DNA of 64,000 nucleotides. It comes from Gemmatimonadales bacterium (GTDB lineage: Bacteria; Gemmatimonadota; Gemmatimonadetes; Gemmatimonadales; GWC2-71-9). The notes under the pieces are model-generated. The model was not told where the DNA came from, did no database searches, and was given only the letters and a program-made list of their open reading frames with translations. Shown piece after piece: positions 20,944-31,800 of this stretch. The stretch spans positions 3,648,001 through 3,712,000 of the forward strand of contig OZ252244.1 in NCBI GenBank assembly GCA_965249575.1, given 5' to 3'. The stretch's first letter is position 1; every line of letters begins with the position of its first letter. Made by a program: the position numbers and the translations under genes.

Positions 20944-22133
20944 GCGGTTGGTGGTTGGTTGGCGCAGGCAGTGTCCTCGCTGGAGCGGGAATGACGGTCG
21001 GGGTGGCCGGCGCCGCCATCAGCCGGCTGGAGCTCGTGCGTTGGATCTCCAAACGGCTTACCGGGGCCACCATAGCCGGGGCGCTCTTGACGACGCCTTG
21101 GCGTGTATTGGCATCGGCCAATGCCCTTTCAGCCATCGGTCTGTTGCTCGCCGGGGTCGGCCTAGCGCAACAGCTGGATCGTCTGCCCCCACCGATCGCC
21201 GCCGCCACGCTCCTGGGCATTGCAGTCCCAGTGCTGGTCGCAGTCGGCTACACGCTGCCTCGAGCGGCCGGCCGCCGGTGGCCCGATGGGATCGTGCAGG
21301 TGGCCGCTCCGTGGTTTGAGCGGGCGGCTCGGGTGCTGGCGCCCGCCCTCCCCAACCTGGACGCCGCTCGGGCCACCGCGCTGACAACCGCGCTGCGGGT
21401 CGGGCAGGCCGAAGGTGTGTTCGGCCCGAACGAACTCACCGTGTTTTCGGGCGTGGTGGCTTTCACCGAGCGTACGGTGCGGGAAGTGATTACGCCCCGC
21501 ACCGACATCGTGGCCGTGGAACAGGGCGCCCCTCTGTCCGAAGTCGCGCGCATCGTCGCCGAGTCGGGCTACTCCCGACTGCCGATCTTTCGGGACTCGC
21601 TGGACAACATCGTGGGAATGGTCTACGCGTTCGACCTCATCAAGGTCGCGCCGGACGTTGAGCTGCCCGTCCGACCCGTCAGTATGGCGCCGGCGTCGAA
21701 GCGGTGCGCGGATCTGTTGTACGAGATGCAGCGCGACCGGCGGCAGTTCGCCGTGGTGCTCGATGAGTTTGGCGGAACGGCAGGCATCGCGACCTTTGAG
21801 GACCTTCTAGAGGAACTCGTGGGTGAGATCTTCGACGAGCACGATGGACAGTCGTGGCCCGATCTGCCTGCGTCCTCACTCATCGAGATCGATGGGGCGA
21901 CCTCGAGCGCCGAAGTCGCGGCGCGGTACGGCGTCGAGCTCCCCGGTGGTGCCGAAACGATCGGGGGCATCCTGGCAAAGCGCATCGGCCGGATCCCCCA
22001 TTCGGGAGAACGCTTCAGCGTCGCCGGTTTGGAATTCGACGTTCTCGCCGCCACACCGACGCGGGTCGAGCGGCTCGCCGTGCGCCGCGAACCGGTTTCG
22101 GTGGTGGGTCTGGCCCCGGGGGAGCTCGCGTGA
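20940..22133 (+). CDS. second CorC/HlyC-family CBS-domain membrane protein
   Basis: VITPRTD, YSRLPI, VLDEFGGTAGIATFEDLLEELVGEI. Confidence 0.88.
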   Translation: MSGWWLVGAGSVLAGAGMTVGVAGAAISRLELVRWISKRLTGATIAGALLTTPWRVLASANALSAIGLLLAGVGLAQQLDRLPPPIAAATLLGIAVPVLVAVGYTLPRAAGRRWPDGIVQVAAPWFERAARVLAPALPNLDAARATALTTALRVGQAEGVFGPNELTVFSGVVAFTERTVREVITPRTDIVAVEQGAPLSEVARIVAESGYSRLPIFRDSLDNIVGMVYAFDLIKVAPDVELPVRPVSMAPASKRCADLLYEMQRDRRQFAVVLDEFGGTAGIATFEDLLEELVGEIFDEHDGQSWPDLPASSLIEIDGATSSAEVAARYGVELPGGAETIGGILAKRIGRIPHSGERFSVAGLEFDVLAATPTRVERLAVRREPVSVVGLAPGELA

Positions 22134-22799
22134 TGCCGTGGGGCGCCCGGCTGCGACGGTATTTCCTGGTGGGCTTGGTCGTGATTGCGCCCGTGGGCCT
22201 GACGGTTTTCATCCTTCGACTGATTTTCGACACCATCGACGACATCCTGGGGTCGCCCCTCCGGGCCGCCCTCGGATTTCGAATCCCGGGCCTGGGATTC
22301 GTGTTACTCGCGCTCGTCGTGCTGGTAGTGGGTTGGATCGTACACCAGGGCGGTCGGGCGCCGCGTGCTTCATTGGTGGAACCTGGCGCTCTCCCGATTT
22401 CCCCTGACAGGACGGATCTACAACGCCGTGAGCCAAATCGTGCAGAACATGGTGGGGGGGCGTCGTCGCCTGTTTCGGCGTGCAGTACTGGTTCCGTTCC
22501 CAACGGACGGGCTCTGGTCAGTCGGATTCGTCACTCGCGAAGACTCCCCGGTTCTTGAAACTCTCATCGGCGAACCCTGTCTCAACGTGTTCCTGGTGAC
22601 GACACCGACTCCAACGACGGGATTTCTCATCGTGGTACCGCGCTCGAAGACCAAGGAGGTGGATCTGAGCATTGAGGACGCCCTGAAGTTCGTGATTTCG
22701 GCTGGCACGGTGCCGCCGTCGGAGACCGTGACGACTGCGCCGCGGAAGGGGCTGGATCTGGATCGCCTTCTCACGGACGATCGGGAATCGTCAGCGTAA
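22133..22799 (+). CDS. DUF502-family membrane protein, frameshifted at ~22348-22350
   Basis: LRRYFLVGLVVIAPVGLT..IPGLG in one frame; PLTGRIYNAVSQI..VLVPFP..PTPTTGFL..ALKFVISAG in the next. Removing one G from CAGGG joins them. Confidence 0.8.
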
Positions 22800-22878
22800 C
22801 TGCCGTCGCGTCACCACCTCCCCCTGGTCGCGCGGCATGTGGGTTGCGGAGGGAACGGGAGCCCCGCGAAGTTACATC

Positions 22879-23925
22879 ATGCAGATTGCAGCGCTACTAA
22901 CCCGATTCAACGAGCGACAAGTCGCGGCACTCGCCCGGGCGATCAGTATCGTCGAGAACGGCCGGGAGGGGTACGAGGAGCTGCTTTCGGCTATTCACGG
23001 CCGGGTCGGGCGAGCCTACCGCGTCGGAATCACCGGCCCCCCCGGAGCCGGGAAATCGACACTGACTCGCCAGCTGATCCATCAGTATCGGGAGCGAGGC
23101 ATGACCGTTGCCGCCGTCGCGGTCGACCCGACCAGTCCGTTTTCCGGGGGAGCGCTGTTGGGCGACAGGATTCGGATGGAGGCGGTGTCGCTCGACCCGG
23201 GTGTCTTTATCCGGTCGATGGCAACCCGGGGTGCGCAGGGCGGACTGGCGACGACTACTCGAGAAGTCTGCGACGTACTGGACGCGTTCGGTTACGAGCG
23301 GATCATCGTCGAAACCGTCGGGGTGGGGCAGTCGGAGCTGGACATCGCGGCCACGGCCGATACCGCCGTCCTGGTGCTGGTTCCCGAGTCCGGTGACGGT
23401 GTTCAAGTGCTCAAAGCCGGCGTGATGGAGATTGCTGATATCTATGTCGTCAACAAGGCGGACCGCCCGGGGGGAGACGCGCTCCAGCGGGAAGTCGAAG
23501 TCATGCTGGGAATACGCAAGGGCCAGGCTTTTCGGCACGTGAGGCCGCATCACGGACCCTCCACGACGCCTCCGAGCAATCGGCCTGTGAACGATGACAG
23601 CACCACGCCGGAATGGACTCCACCGGTTCTCGCCACGATGGCGATCGACGGGACCGGAGTGGGCGAGTTGATCGATGCGATCGAGGGTTACCGCACCCAC
23701 TTGACGACGACTGGGGCGCTGGAGTTACGACGCCGGGAACGTTTGGTGCGTCATACTCGCGAAGTCGTGGATCGCAGCCTGCGTCAACTCGTATGGGGTG
23801 ACGGAGGGGGCGAAGCGGTTCTCGCGACGGGGCTCGAACGGCTCGTGGACGGAACGGCCAGTCCCTACGAGTTGGCAAACGAGATTCTCGCCGGGATTAC
23901 GGGAGGCAATCATGGCCCAGCGTGA
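22879..23925 (+). CDS. meaB: cobalamin-mutase-associated GTPase chaperone
   Basis: [45 protein letters not shown]. Confidence 0.93.
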   Translation: MQIAALLTRFNERQVAALARAISIVENGREGYEELLSAIHGRVGRAYRVGITGPPGAGKSTLTRQLIHQYRERGMTVAAVAVDPTSPFSGGALLGDRIRMEAVSLDPGVFIRSMATRGAQGGLATTTREVCDVLDAFGYERIIVETVGVGQSELDIAATADTAVLVLVPESGDGVQVLKAGVMEIADIYVVNKADRPGGDALQREVEVMLGIRKGQAFRHVRPHHGPSTTPPSNRPVNDDSTTPEWTPPVLATMAIDGTGVGELIDAIEGYRTHLTTTGALELRRRERLVRHTREVVDRSLRQLVWGDGGGEAVLATGLERLVDGTASPYELANEILAGITGGNHGPA

Positions 23926-25558
23926 TGGCACCTTCGAGGCGTGGGCGGCGGAACACGAGACGGCGAAGAAGCGGGATGGGGCGTTCGTGACGCAGAGCTC
24001 GACTTCGGTGGCCCCTCTCTATACGAATCGCGACCTCGCAGACTTCGATCCGGAGAAACAGCTCGGCTACCCGGGTGCCTTCCCGTTCACGCGTGGCATC
24101 CATCCGACGATGTACCGAGGCAAACTCTGGACCATGCGCCAGTTCGCCGGGTTCGGGACGGCACTGGACACCAATCGTCGCTACAAGTTTCTCCTCGAAC
24201 GCGGTCAAACCGGACTATCGGTAGCGTTCGATTTTCCAACCTTGATGGGTTACGACTCGGACCACTCGCGATCGGAAGGGGAGGTTGGGAAGTGCGGGGT
24301 GGCGATCTCATCGCTGGCCGACATGGAAACCCTCTTTGACGGCATTCCCTTGGACAGGGTGTCGACTTCGATGACCATAAACGGCCCGGCAGCGATGCTG
24401 TTTTGCTTCTACGTCGCAGCCGCCGAGCGTCAGGGTGCGGACCTATCGAAGCTGCGTGGCACCATTCAGAACGACATTCTCAAGGAGTACATGGCGCAGC
24501 ACGCGTGGATCTTCCCGGTCGATCCCGCCCTCAAAGTGATTGAGGATGTTTTCGAGTGGGCGTCCGAGCACACGCCCGCGTGGAACACGATCTCGATCAG
24601 CGGATACCACATCCGCGAGGCTGGAGCCACCGCCGCGCAGGAACTGGCCTTCACGCTGGCGAACGGTTTCGAGTACGTGGAGCGTGGTATTGCGCGTGGT
24701 CTCGATGTCGATACGTTTGCCCCGCGGCTGTCGTTCTTCTGGGATGTCCACAACGACATCTTCGAGGAGGTCGCGAAGATGCGAGCGGCCCGCCGCATTT
24801 GGGCCCGGCACATGCGTGAGCGCTACGGCGCGACGACGGATCGCGCGTGCATAATGCGCTTTCACTGTCAGACTGCCGGAGTCTCGTTGACCGCGCAGCA
24901 GCCGATGAACAACGTGGTCCGCGTTGCCTATCAGGCTCTCGCGGCTGTCCTCGCGGGCGCCCAATCCCTACACACCAACTCGCTCGACGAAACGTTGTCT
25001 CTGCCAACGGAAGAGGCGGTGCAGGTAGCGCTCCGCACGCAGCAGATCCTGGCGCACGAGACAGGGGTTGCGAACGTCATCGACCCGCTCGGCGGCTCCT
25101 ACTACGTGGAGTCGCTCACCGACCGTATGGAGAAAGAGGCGGAGGCGCTTTTCGTAGAAATCGAACGCGTTGGCGGGGTCGTGGAGGGGATCGAAAACGG
25201 CTGGTTCCAGCGGCAAATTGCCCAGAGCGCGCTTCGTTTTCAGCACGAGATGGAACAGAGGCAGCGGGTCGTCGTTGGGGTCAATGATTTCGTGGTGGAA
25301 GATGACCACAGCGTGGAAATACTGAAGGTCAGTGACGCGGCCGACCGCACGCAGCGGGACCGGCTAGCGGAGTTGCGGGCGGGGCGAGACGGGGCCGGCG
25401 TGGAGCAGGCGCTGGGAGCGCTACGTGACGCGGCCGAACGGGAAGGGAACGTGATGCCGGCGATGCTGGACTGTGCTAGGGCGTATTGCACGCTCTTTGA
25501 GATTCGCCACGCGCTAGAAGAAGTCTACGGTGCGTACCGAGAACCGGTCTTCTTTTAG
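23912..25558 (+). CDS. B12-dependent acyl-CoA mutase large subunit (methylmalonyl-CoA mutase family, isobutyryl-CoA mutase-type residues)
   Basis: [47 protein letters not shown]; no B12 domain. Confidence 0.92.
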   Translation: MAQRDGTFEAWAAEHETAKKRDGAFVTQSSTSVAPLYTNRDLADFDPEKQLGYPGAFPFTRGIHPTMYRGKLWTMRQFAGFGTALDTNRRYKFLLERGQTGLSVAFDFPTLMGYDSDHSRSEGEVGKCGVAISSLADMETLFDGIPLDRVSTSMTINGPAAMLFCFYVAAAERQGADLSKLRGTIQNDILKEYMAQHAWIFPVDPALKVIEDVFEWASEHTPAWNTISISGYHIREAGATAAQELAFTLANGFEYVERGIARGLDVDTFAPRLSFFWDVHNDIFEEVAKMRAARRIWARHMRERYGATTDRACIMRFHCQTAGVSLTAQQPMNNVVRVAYQALAAVLAGAQSLHTNSLDETLSLPTEEAVQVALRTQQILAHETGVANVIDPLGGSYYVESLTDRMEKEAEALFVEIERVGGVVEGIENGWFQRQIAQSALRFQHEMEQRQRVVVGVNDFVVEDDHSVEILKVSDAADRTQRDRLAELRAGRDGAGVEQALGALRDAAEREGNVMPAMLDCARAYCTLFEIRHALEEVYGAYREPVFF

Positions 25559-26745
25559 TGACGCTGTCGTCGCTTCCGCGGATTAGTCCGCTGGTCGACC
25601 GACTGGTGCGGCTCGATACCGGCGGTCACTGGGTGGTCTCGTGCTACCTGAAGCTGGAGCCTCGCGATAGGGTCCGCAGGAAGTACCGCATCAAGTTCAA
25701 GAATAGAGCCAAAGCCCGGCTGACGGATCTCGAGCGTCTCAAACTCGGGCGGTCCGAGCGGGACCTCATCGAGCGAGACCTCGAGCGGGTGCGGGCGTAT
25801 CTGGATGAGCCCGGCAATCTGCCTACCGGTCGCGGGGTGGCAGTCTTCGCATCGGAGCCGATTGGCCTGTTCGAAGCCGTGACGTTGCCCCGCGTCTTCC
25901 GGTCGCGTCTGGTGATCGACCGAACCCCGCTTGTCCGAGAACTCGCGGCCCTGGCCGACGAGTTCGGTCTCGTCGTGTGCGCCGTGTACGACCGAACCAG
26001 CGCCCGATTTTTCCAGGTGACCGCGTTTGGCATCGAGGAACTCACGAGCCTCTCCGCCGGCGGGACGACTCGCGCCGGTCGGTTCCATGGTACCAGTGCG
26101 GCTGCCGGACCGGGACGGGGGATCGCTGCGTCCGGAGAGCACAACTACCATCAGCGCATTCGCGTTGAGAAAGAACGGCACTACGCGGGGATCGCGCAGC
26201 GTCTGTTCGATCTGTCGCGCGCGTTGCCCCACAGGGGGTTCGTTCTGGCCGGGGTCGGTCGGGATGCGGCGGCGGTGGAGCCACACCTCCATCCCTACAT
26301 TCGGAAGCGCGTACTGGGTACGACGCGATTGAACCCGAAATCGACGACGCCAGCGTGCGTGATGGACGCCGTCCTCGAGGTCCTCCATGACGCGGAACGA
26401 GCCTGGGAGGTGGAGCACACGGAGCACTTGGAGGAAGGAATCGGGATTGGGTGGGCGGTGAATGGCGTCGAGGCCGCACTCCGGGCGCTCGCGCAAGGAC
26501 AAGTACGGACGCTCCTCATAGATCCCACGTATTCTGTCGCTGGATTTCGGTGTAAGGGCTCCGGCCGACTCAGCACCAGCGCGAACGCTTGTCGGGGCGA
26601 GGGCGAGGCGGATCCAGTTTCGGACATGATCGACGAGGCGATTGAAGAGGCGCTCCGCCAGCGCAGTCAGATCGACGTCGTCGAAGATCGGGAGGCTCAG
26701 GCGAAACTGGACGGCCTGGCCGCCTTGCTCCGATTCAAGCGGTAG
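25558..26745 (+). CDS. bacterial eRF1/Pelota-fold (baeRF-like) protein
   Basis: SCYL..GVAVFA..P.VREL; VCAVYDRTSARFF; C-terminal AVNGVEAALRALAQGQVRTLLI..IEEAL..V..DGLAALLRF typical of eRF1 domain 3. Confidence 0.75.
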   Translation: MTLSSLPRISPLVDRLVRLDTGGHWVVSCYLKLEPRDRVRRKYRIKFKNRAKARLTDLERLKLGRSERDLIERDLERVRAYLDEPGNLPTGRGVAVFASEPIGLFEAVTLPRVFRSRLVIDRTPLVRELAALADEFGLVVCAVYDRTSARFFQVTAFGIEELTSLSAGGTTRAGRFHGTSAAAGPGRGIAASGEHNYHQRIRVEKERHYAGIAQRLFDLSRALPHRGFVLAGVGRDAAAVEPHLHPYIRKRVLGTTRLNPKSTTPACVMDAVLEVLHDAERAWEVEHTEHLEEGIGIGWAVNGVEAALRALAQGQVRTLLIDPTYSVAGFRCKGSGRLSTSANACRGEGEADPVSDMIDEAIEEALRQRSQIDVVEDREAQAKLDGLAALLRFKR

Positions 26746-26848
26746 AGTACACCCACTAGCTCGGAATCCATCGGCGCCCGGAGGTCCGGCCGACTCGTTT
26801 GAACGGCCGCGGTGCTGTGGGTGCGGCACACGACGCCCCGAGCCGAGC

Positions 26849-26877
26849 TTGTCTCGCGTGTTCACGCTCACTAGCTT
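26849..26877 (+). promoter_or_regulatory. internal promoter before the mutase small subunit
   Basis: TTGTCT-17 nt-TAGCTT, 9 nt before ATG 26887. Confidence 0.5.
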
Positions 26878-26886
26878 GGCCGCACT

Positions 26887-27324
26887 ATGTCACCCAAAGT
26901 GAAAACCGGATCGAAACGGCCGATTCGAGTGCTTGTGGCGAAGCCCGGACTCGACGGACACGACCGTGGGGCAAAGGTCGTCGCCGCAACCCTCCGAGAT
27001 TCCGGGATGGAGGTCATCTATACAGGGTTGCACCAAACACCGGAGATGATCGTCACGGCCGCCGTCCAAGAGGACGTGGACGTGATCGGCCTTTCCGTGC
27101 TGTCCGGGGCGCACATGACCTTGTTCCCCAGAGTTCGAGCGTTACTCGCAGGTGCCGGCCGCAACGAGATCCTTCTTGTCGGGGGGGGGATCATTCCCAG
27201 CGACGACATCAAGCGGCTCGAGTCAGAAGGCGTCGGGAAGCTTTTTGGCCCCGGTACCCCCACCAGCGAGATCGTCGACTACATCAACACTTGGCATCGA
27301 GCCGGTCCGCGTGACCGGAGCTAA
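26887..27324 (+). CDS. acyl-CoA mutase cobalamin-binding small subunit
   Basis: [13 protein letters not shown] (DxHxxG), [21 protein letters not shown]. Confidence 0.93.
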   Translation: MSPKVKTGSKRPIRVLVAKPGLDGHDRGAKVVAATLRDSGMEVIYTGLHQTPEMIVTAAVQEDVDVIGLSVLSGAHMTLFPRVRALLAGAGRNEILLVGGGIIPSDDIKRLESEGVGKLFGPGTPTSEIVDYINTWHRAGPRDRS

Positions 27325-28933
27325 ACCGAAGGCTCCGAGCGGCCGCCTCCGAGAACTCGCAGCCGTCTACAGCGAGCTTGCCGAGCAGCTTCGTCTGGGA
27401 GGCGGTCCGGAGAAGGTCGACCGCCAGCACCGTCAGGGGAAAATGACGGCCAGGGAGCGACTCGGCGCGCTGCTCGATCCGGACTCGCTCTGGTTGGAGA
27501 TAGGTCTGCTGGTAGCGTTTGACCGTTACGAGGGGCAGGCTCCCGCGGCCGGGGTTGTCACCGGTGTCGGGGTCGTCTCCGGGCACGACGTCGTGATCGT
27601 GGCCAACGACGCGACCGTCAAGGCAGGGTCCTGGTGGCCCGAAACGATCAAGAAGATCCTGCGGGCCCAGGAGATTGCGATGCGGCAGCGGATCCCCATC
27701 ATCTACCTCGTCGACTCCGCCGGCGTGAACTTGCCGTACCAGAGTGGCGTGTTTCCGGGGCAGTACGGTGCCGCTCGAATCTTCTACTACAACTCGGTCA
27801 TGCGGCGTTACCTCCACGTGCCTCAGATTTCGGCGGTAATGGGGCCCTGCGTCGCTGGCGGGGCCTATTTGCCGGCCTTATCCGATGTCATCTATATGGT
27901 CGAGGGGACATCATTCATGGGGTTGGGCGGCCCCAATCTGGTCAAAGGCGCGACCGGCCAAGTCGTGGACGGCGAGACGCTCGGTGGGGCCGTGACCCAT
28001 ACGACGACGAGCGCGGTCGCCCATTACCGTGCGGCGGACGACGCGGCTTGCCTACGTTCGATTCGGGACTACGTGGAGCGGCTGCCCGAGTGGCACGAGT
28101 TACGCTTGCCCGCACCCTTGCCACGGGGACGGCCTGCGAAAAATCCGCCCGCGGCACTGTACGAGCTTCTCCCCAACGATCATCGGATGGCGTACGACGT
28201 GCGACGGGTCCTCGATTGTGTCCTCGACGCTGGCGAGCTCGTCGAGTTCCAGCCTGATGTGGGTCGCGAAATGATCTGCGGGCACGGTGCGATCGAAGGG
28301 ATCGGCGTGGCGGTCATCGCAAACCAGCGAGGCATGATCAAAAGAGCGGATGGTGGTCCCCCGCGCTTCGGAGGAATTGTCTACACCGAGAGCGCTGAGA
28401 AGGTCGCGTACTTCATCGAGAACGCCAGTAGAGAGCGAGTCCCACTGCTCTTCGTGCAGGATGTGAGCGGGTTCATGGTCGGTCCTGAAGCAGAACACTC
28501 GGGCATCATCCGGGCGGGCGCTCGGTTCGTGGAAGCAATGGCAACGGCGGTCGTCCCGAAGATCGTGTTGACGGTCAACCACGCGTCCGGCGCGGGGTAC
28601 TATGCGATGGCGGGCCAGGGGTTCGACCCGGACTTCATGTTGTCGTGGCCGACCGGCAGGATGGGGGTGATGGAGGGCGATTCCGCGGCCCAGGCGGTCT
28701 ACGGAGAACGAGTCGGCGATCCGGAGCTGGCGGAACAAGTCGAGCAGATGCGGTCAGACTACGACCACCAGCTCGACGCGAAGTTCGCGGGGGCGAGGGG
28801 CTACGTCGACGCGATCATTCTACCTGAGGAGACCCGCGACATGCTGGCCTTCACGCTGCGCGTCACGAGTCACTATAGCGGCCCGCACCTCGGGCCATTC
28901 GTGCTACCGCCGCTCGATTTTCACGAATCATGA
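27311..28933 (+). CDS. acyl-CoA carboxylase carboxyltransferase subunit (methylcrotonyl-CoA carboxylase beta-like)
   Basis: [50 protein letters not shown]. Confidence 0.9.
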   Translation: MTGAKPKAPSGRLRELAAVYSELAEQLRLGGGPEKVDRQHRQGKMTARERLGALLDPDSLWLEIGLLVAFDRYEGQAPAAGVVTGVGVVSGHDVVIVANDATVKAGSWWPETIKKILRAQEIAMRQRIPIIYLVDSAGVNLPYQSGVFPGQYGAARIFYYNSVMRRYLHVPQISAVMGPCVAGGAYLPALSDVIYMVEGTSFMGLGGPNLVKGATGQVVDGETLGGAVTHTTTSAVAHYRAADDAACLRSIRDYVERLPEWHELRLPAPLPRGRPAKNPPAALYELLPNDHRMAYDVRRVLDCVLDAGELVEFQPDVGREMICGHGAIEGIGVAVIANQRGMIKRADGGPPRFGGIVYTESAEKVAYFIENASRERVPLLFVQDVSGFMVGPEAEHSGIIRAGARFVEAMATAVVPKIVLTVNHASGAGYYAMAGQGFDPDFMLSWPTGRMGVMEGDSAAQAVYGERVGDPELAEQVEQMRSDYDHQLDAKFAGARGYVDAIILPEETRDMLAFTLRVTSHYSGPHLGPFVLPPLDFHES

Positions 28934-31776
28934 TTCGCTTGTTAGCCTCGAGGAGGCGCGCCGCAGTACTGGTGGTGGTCGGGGCCTGCGCGCGGGCCGG
29001 GGTGGAGGAACCCTCTCCCGCGCCACTCGAAGGGAGTAGCACCACCACGGAAGAAGCGAGGCTTCCGATAGTTGCCGAGCCACCTCCCGAGCCCGTTGTG
29101 CTGCCGCTGAGGGCATTGCTCGCTGGACTCCTTCCCCTTCGAAGTATCGGAGCTGATGTCTTTCGAGCCAGCTTCCCAACCCACGACGGCCGCGGGGTGG
29201 TGATCGGGATTCTCGATAGCGGGATCGACGCGGGTGTCCCGGGACTTCAGCGCACGTCGACCGGTGCGCGAAAGCTACTCGATCTCAGAGATTTCTCTCA
29301 GGAGGGTCGCATTGAGCTTTCCCCGCTCGACCCTGGCGACGCCGACGACATCAGCGTGGGGGAGCACCAGGTTTCGGGGTGGCGGCGGATTTCTGCATTC
29401 GCCGCCCCGCCTTACTACGGTGGCTCGTTCCGAGAATTACCGCTCGGGGAGGTCCCCGCGGCGGACGCGAACGGGAATGGGCGGAACACGGATGAGTTTG
29501 CGGTCATCGTGGGGAAGGGGATTGACGGGTGGTTGGTCCTGACGGACACCGACGGCGACGGGTCATTGGGTGACGAGCGCCCGGTGCGGGACTACGCCGT
29601 GGCTCATGAGACCTTCAGCTACCGGACGCTCGGTGCGGTATCTGACGCCGGTCCGTTGACCATTGCCGCAAACATTGCGGAAGACGCGGGTCATCCGTTG
29701 TTGGACTTCTATTTCGACAACTCAGGCCACGGGACGCACGTGGCGGGAATTGCCGCCGGCCATGAAATGTTCGGTGTCGAGGGGTTTAGCGGTGTAGCCC
29801 CCGGGGCACAACTTCTCGGACTCAAGATCTCGAACAACGCTCGCGGTGGAATTTCGGTCACGGGGAGCATGGTCCGCGCCATGCGCTATGCGGCCGAGTT
29901 CGCCGAGCGAAGCGGCCTGCCGCTCGTACTGAACATGAGCTTCGGCGTGGGCAACGAGGTCGAGGGATCGGCGGTCATTGACTCGGTCGTCAACGAGTTT
30001 GCCCTGGCGCACCCCCACATTCTGTTCGTCATTAGTGCCGGGAACGACGGGCCGGGTCTTTCCGCGGTGGGTTTCCCGGGATCGGCCGAATGGGCGCTGA
30101 CTGCGTGCGCCCTGTTTCCCGGCGTCTTCGCTCAAGCTCCCGACCTCCCGTCACTAGACGACGCGCTCGGATGGTGGAGCGCGCGCGGGGGCGAAACCGC
30201 CAAGCCGGACCTGTGCGCTCCGGGCGTGGCGTACTCGAACGTTCCCAGGTGGCACACTGGCGAGGAGATCTCCGGGGGGACCAGCATGGCGGCCCCCCAA
30301 CTCTCCGGAGCCGCCGCACTGTTGCAATCGGCGCTGGTGCAGTCTGGGCGAAAGGCGCGAGCTGCCGACTTGAAGCGTGCGCTCCGCGCGACCGCGAGCC
30401 GGCTGCCAGGAGCGGGACTGGTCGACCAGGGGGCCGGCGTGCCGGACCTCACGGCGGCGCTGCACTGGCTTCTCGCTTCGCACCAGACCGGCCTGTACCG
30501 CGTCGAAGCGCTGCCCGACGGTGGCAACACGTCTCACGCCTCCGCCGCGTACCGGCGCAATGGCCTCCGCACGGCGAGCGACACAGTGCAGCGTTTTCGC
30601 GTCACGTCGTTGGGCGGTCAATCGGCCGCGCGACTCGTGCTTCGGTCCGACGCTGCCTGGCTCCGGGCACCGCCGGAGCTCGAGCTCCGTGGGAATCCGG
30701 CTACGGTCGTCGTGACATACGACGGCGGCCAACTGAAGGAGCCGGGTCTCTACGAAGGGACGATCTGGGCCTCTCCGGCGACGGACACGTTGGGGGGGCC
30801 GGCCTTCGGCCTCTCGAATCTCGTAGCGGTACCCCACCGCATCGACGAGCGGTTTACGGCGAACGGGGTGCTCCAGGAAGGGCGCTTGGCGCGCTACTTC
30901 CTGGAGATGCCGGCCCACGCTGGTGGCTTGACGGTCAGCCTTCAGGTGCGAAGCCGCGCCGAGCAGGCGACGCTGTATCTGTTTGAACCGAACGGCGCAC
31001 CCTATCGCGGGGGCAACAGCGCGGGTGCCGGCGGGGATTCGACCCGCGCATCCATCGAGGTCTCGGCGGAGGATCTGCGCCCGGGCGTCTACGAAGCTGT
31101 CGTCGTGGCACCCCCGACCCAACGCGCCCGGTACCAGCTCACGGCCGAGGCTCCCCGCGTTTCGATCCGTTCCATCTCGGGACGCACGACCGCCATGCTG
31201 CAAAACCAGAGCGACCGGCCGTTATCCGCGCAGGTGTCCGCCGAGATCGTAGGCGCCACCCATCGGCGTACCGTGACGGGGCCGGACGCCGCACCGCTCG
31301 TCGCCCCAGTCGACGTGCCACCGTGGGCCTCACGCATGGTGATCGACGTTCAGCTCCCCACGCAGAGTTGGGGTGAGCTGACGGATTTTGGCGTTACCGT
31401 GTTCGACGAGAGCGGACAGCAGGTGAGCCAGGGACCTCTGAACTACGCGTTTGGGCGGCAGGTAATCGAGCTGGATTCGGCGGTCGCTGGACGGCGATTG
31501 GACGTCGAACTCTTCCCGGCATTCGCCTTGAAGCCTCCGCCGACGGGATGGACGGCCGACCTCACGATCACCTTCCTTGCGAGCCAGGGGACCGTCCTGC
31601 CCACCGAGCTCCCGGACTCGGCCACCTCCCTTCGGATCGGTCCCGGGACCGGGGCGTTGGTGCGATTCGGCGCGCCTAGCGAGCCACCCGACATCGACCC
31701 TCGATTCTCCCCGCTGATTCGCGTGGTCGCGGAGACGGATGGCGGTGGGAGGTCCATTCGACATGGAAGCCCCTAA
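28930..31776 (+). CDS. S8 subtilase, tripeptidyl-peptidase II-like, probable lipoprotein
   Basis: GILDSGID, HGTHVAGIA, SAGNDGPG, GTSMAAP; ~170-aa insert between Asp and His; VVGAC lipobox-like. Confidence 0.85.
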   Translation: MIRLLASRRRAAVLVVVGACARAGVEEPSPAPLEGSSTTTEEARLPIVAEPPPEPVVLPLRALLAGLLPLRSIGADVFRASFPTHDGRGVVIGILDSGIDAGVPGLQRTSTGARKLLDLRDFSQEGRIELSPLDPGDADDISVGEHQVSGWRRISAFAAPPYYGGSFRELPLGEVPAADANGNGRNTDEFAVIVGKGIDGWLVLTDTDGDGSLGDERPVRDYAVAHETFSYRTLGAVSDAGPLTIAANIAEDAGHPLLDFYFDNSGHGTHVAGIAAGHEMFGVEGFSGVAPGAQLLGLKISNNARGGISVTGSMVRAMRYAAEFAERSGLPLVLNMSFGVGNEVEGSAVIDSVVNEFALAHPHILFVISAGNDGPGLSAVGFPGSAEWALTACALFPGVFAQAPDLPSLDDALGWWSARGGETAKPDLCAPGVAYSNVPRWHTGEEISGGTSMAAPQLSGAAALLQSALVQSGRKARAADLKRALRATASRLPGAGLVDQGAGVPDLTAALHWLLASHQTGLYRVEALPDGGNTSHASAAYRRNGLRTASDTVQRFRVTSLGGQSAARLVLRSDAAWLRAPPELELRGNPATVVVTYDGGQLKEPGLYEGTIWASPATDTLGGPAFGLSNLVAVPHRIDERFTANGVLQEGRLARYFLEMPAHAGGLTVSLQVRSRAEQATLYLFEPNGAPYRGGNSAGAGGDSTRASIEVSAEDLRPGVYEAVVVAPPTQRARYQLTAEAPRVSIRSISGRTTAMLQNQSDRPLSAQVSAEIVGATHRRTVTGPDAAPLVAPVDVPPWASRMVIDVQLPTQSWGELTDFGVTVFDESGQQVSQGPLNYAFGRQVIELDSAVAGRRLDVELFPAFALKPPPTGWTADLTITFLASQGTVLPTELPDSATSLRIGPGTGALVRFGAPSEPPDIDPRFSPLIRVVAETDGGGRSIRHGSP

Positions 31777-31800
31777 CCGTAGCAGACAGGTCGCTTCAGC

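Noticed and set aside
14400..22133. aspS-phoH-HDIG-ybeY-corC run as a novel system
   Set aside because: Well-known conserved neighbourhood.
25555..26871. 438-aa minus-strand ORF and similar long antisense ORFs (5766-6980, 32176-33363, 45881-46891)
   Set aside because: They mirror well-supported genes on the other strand.
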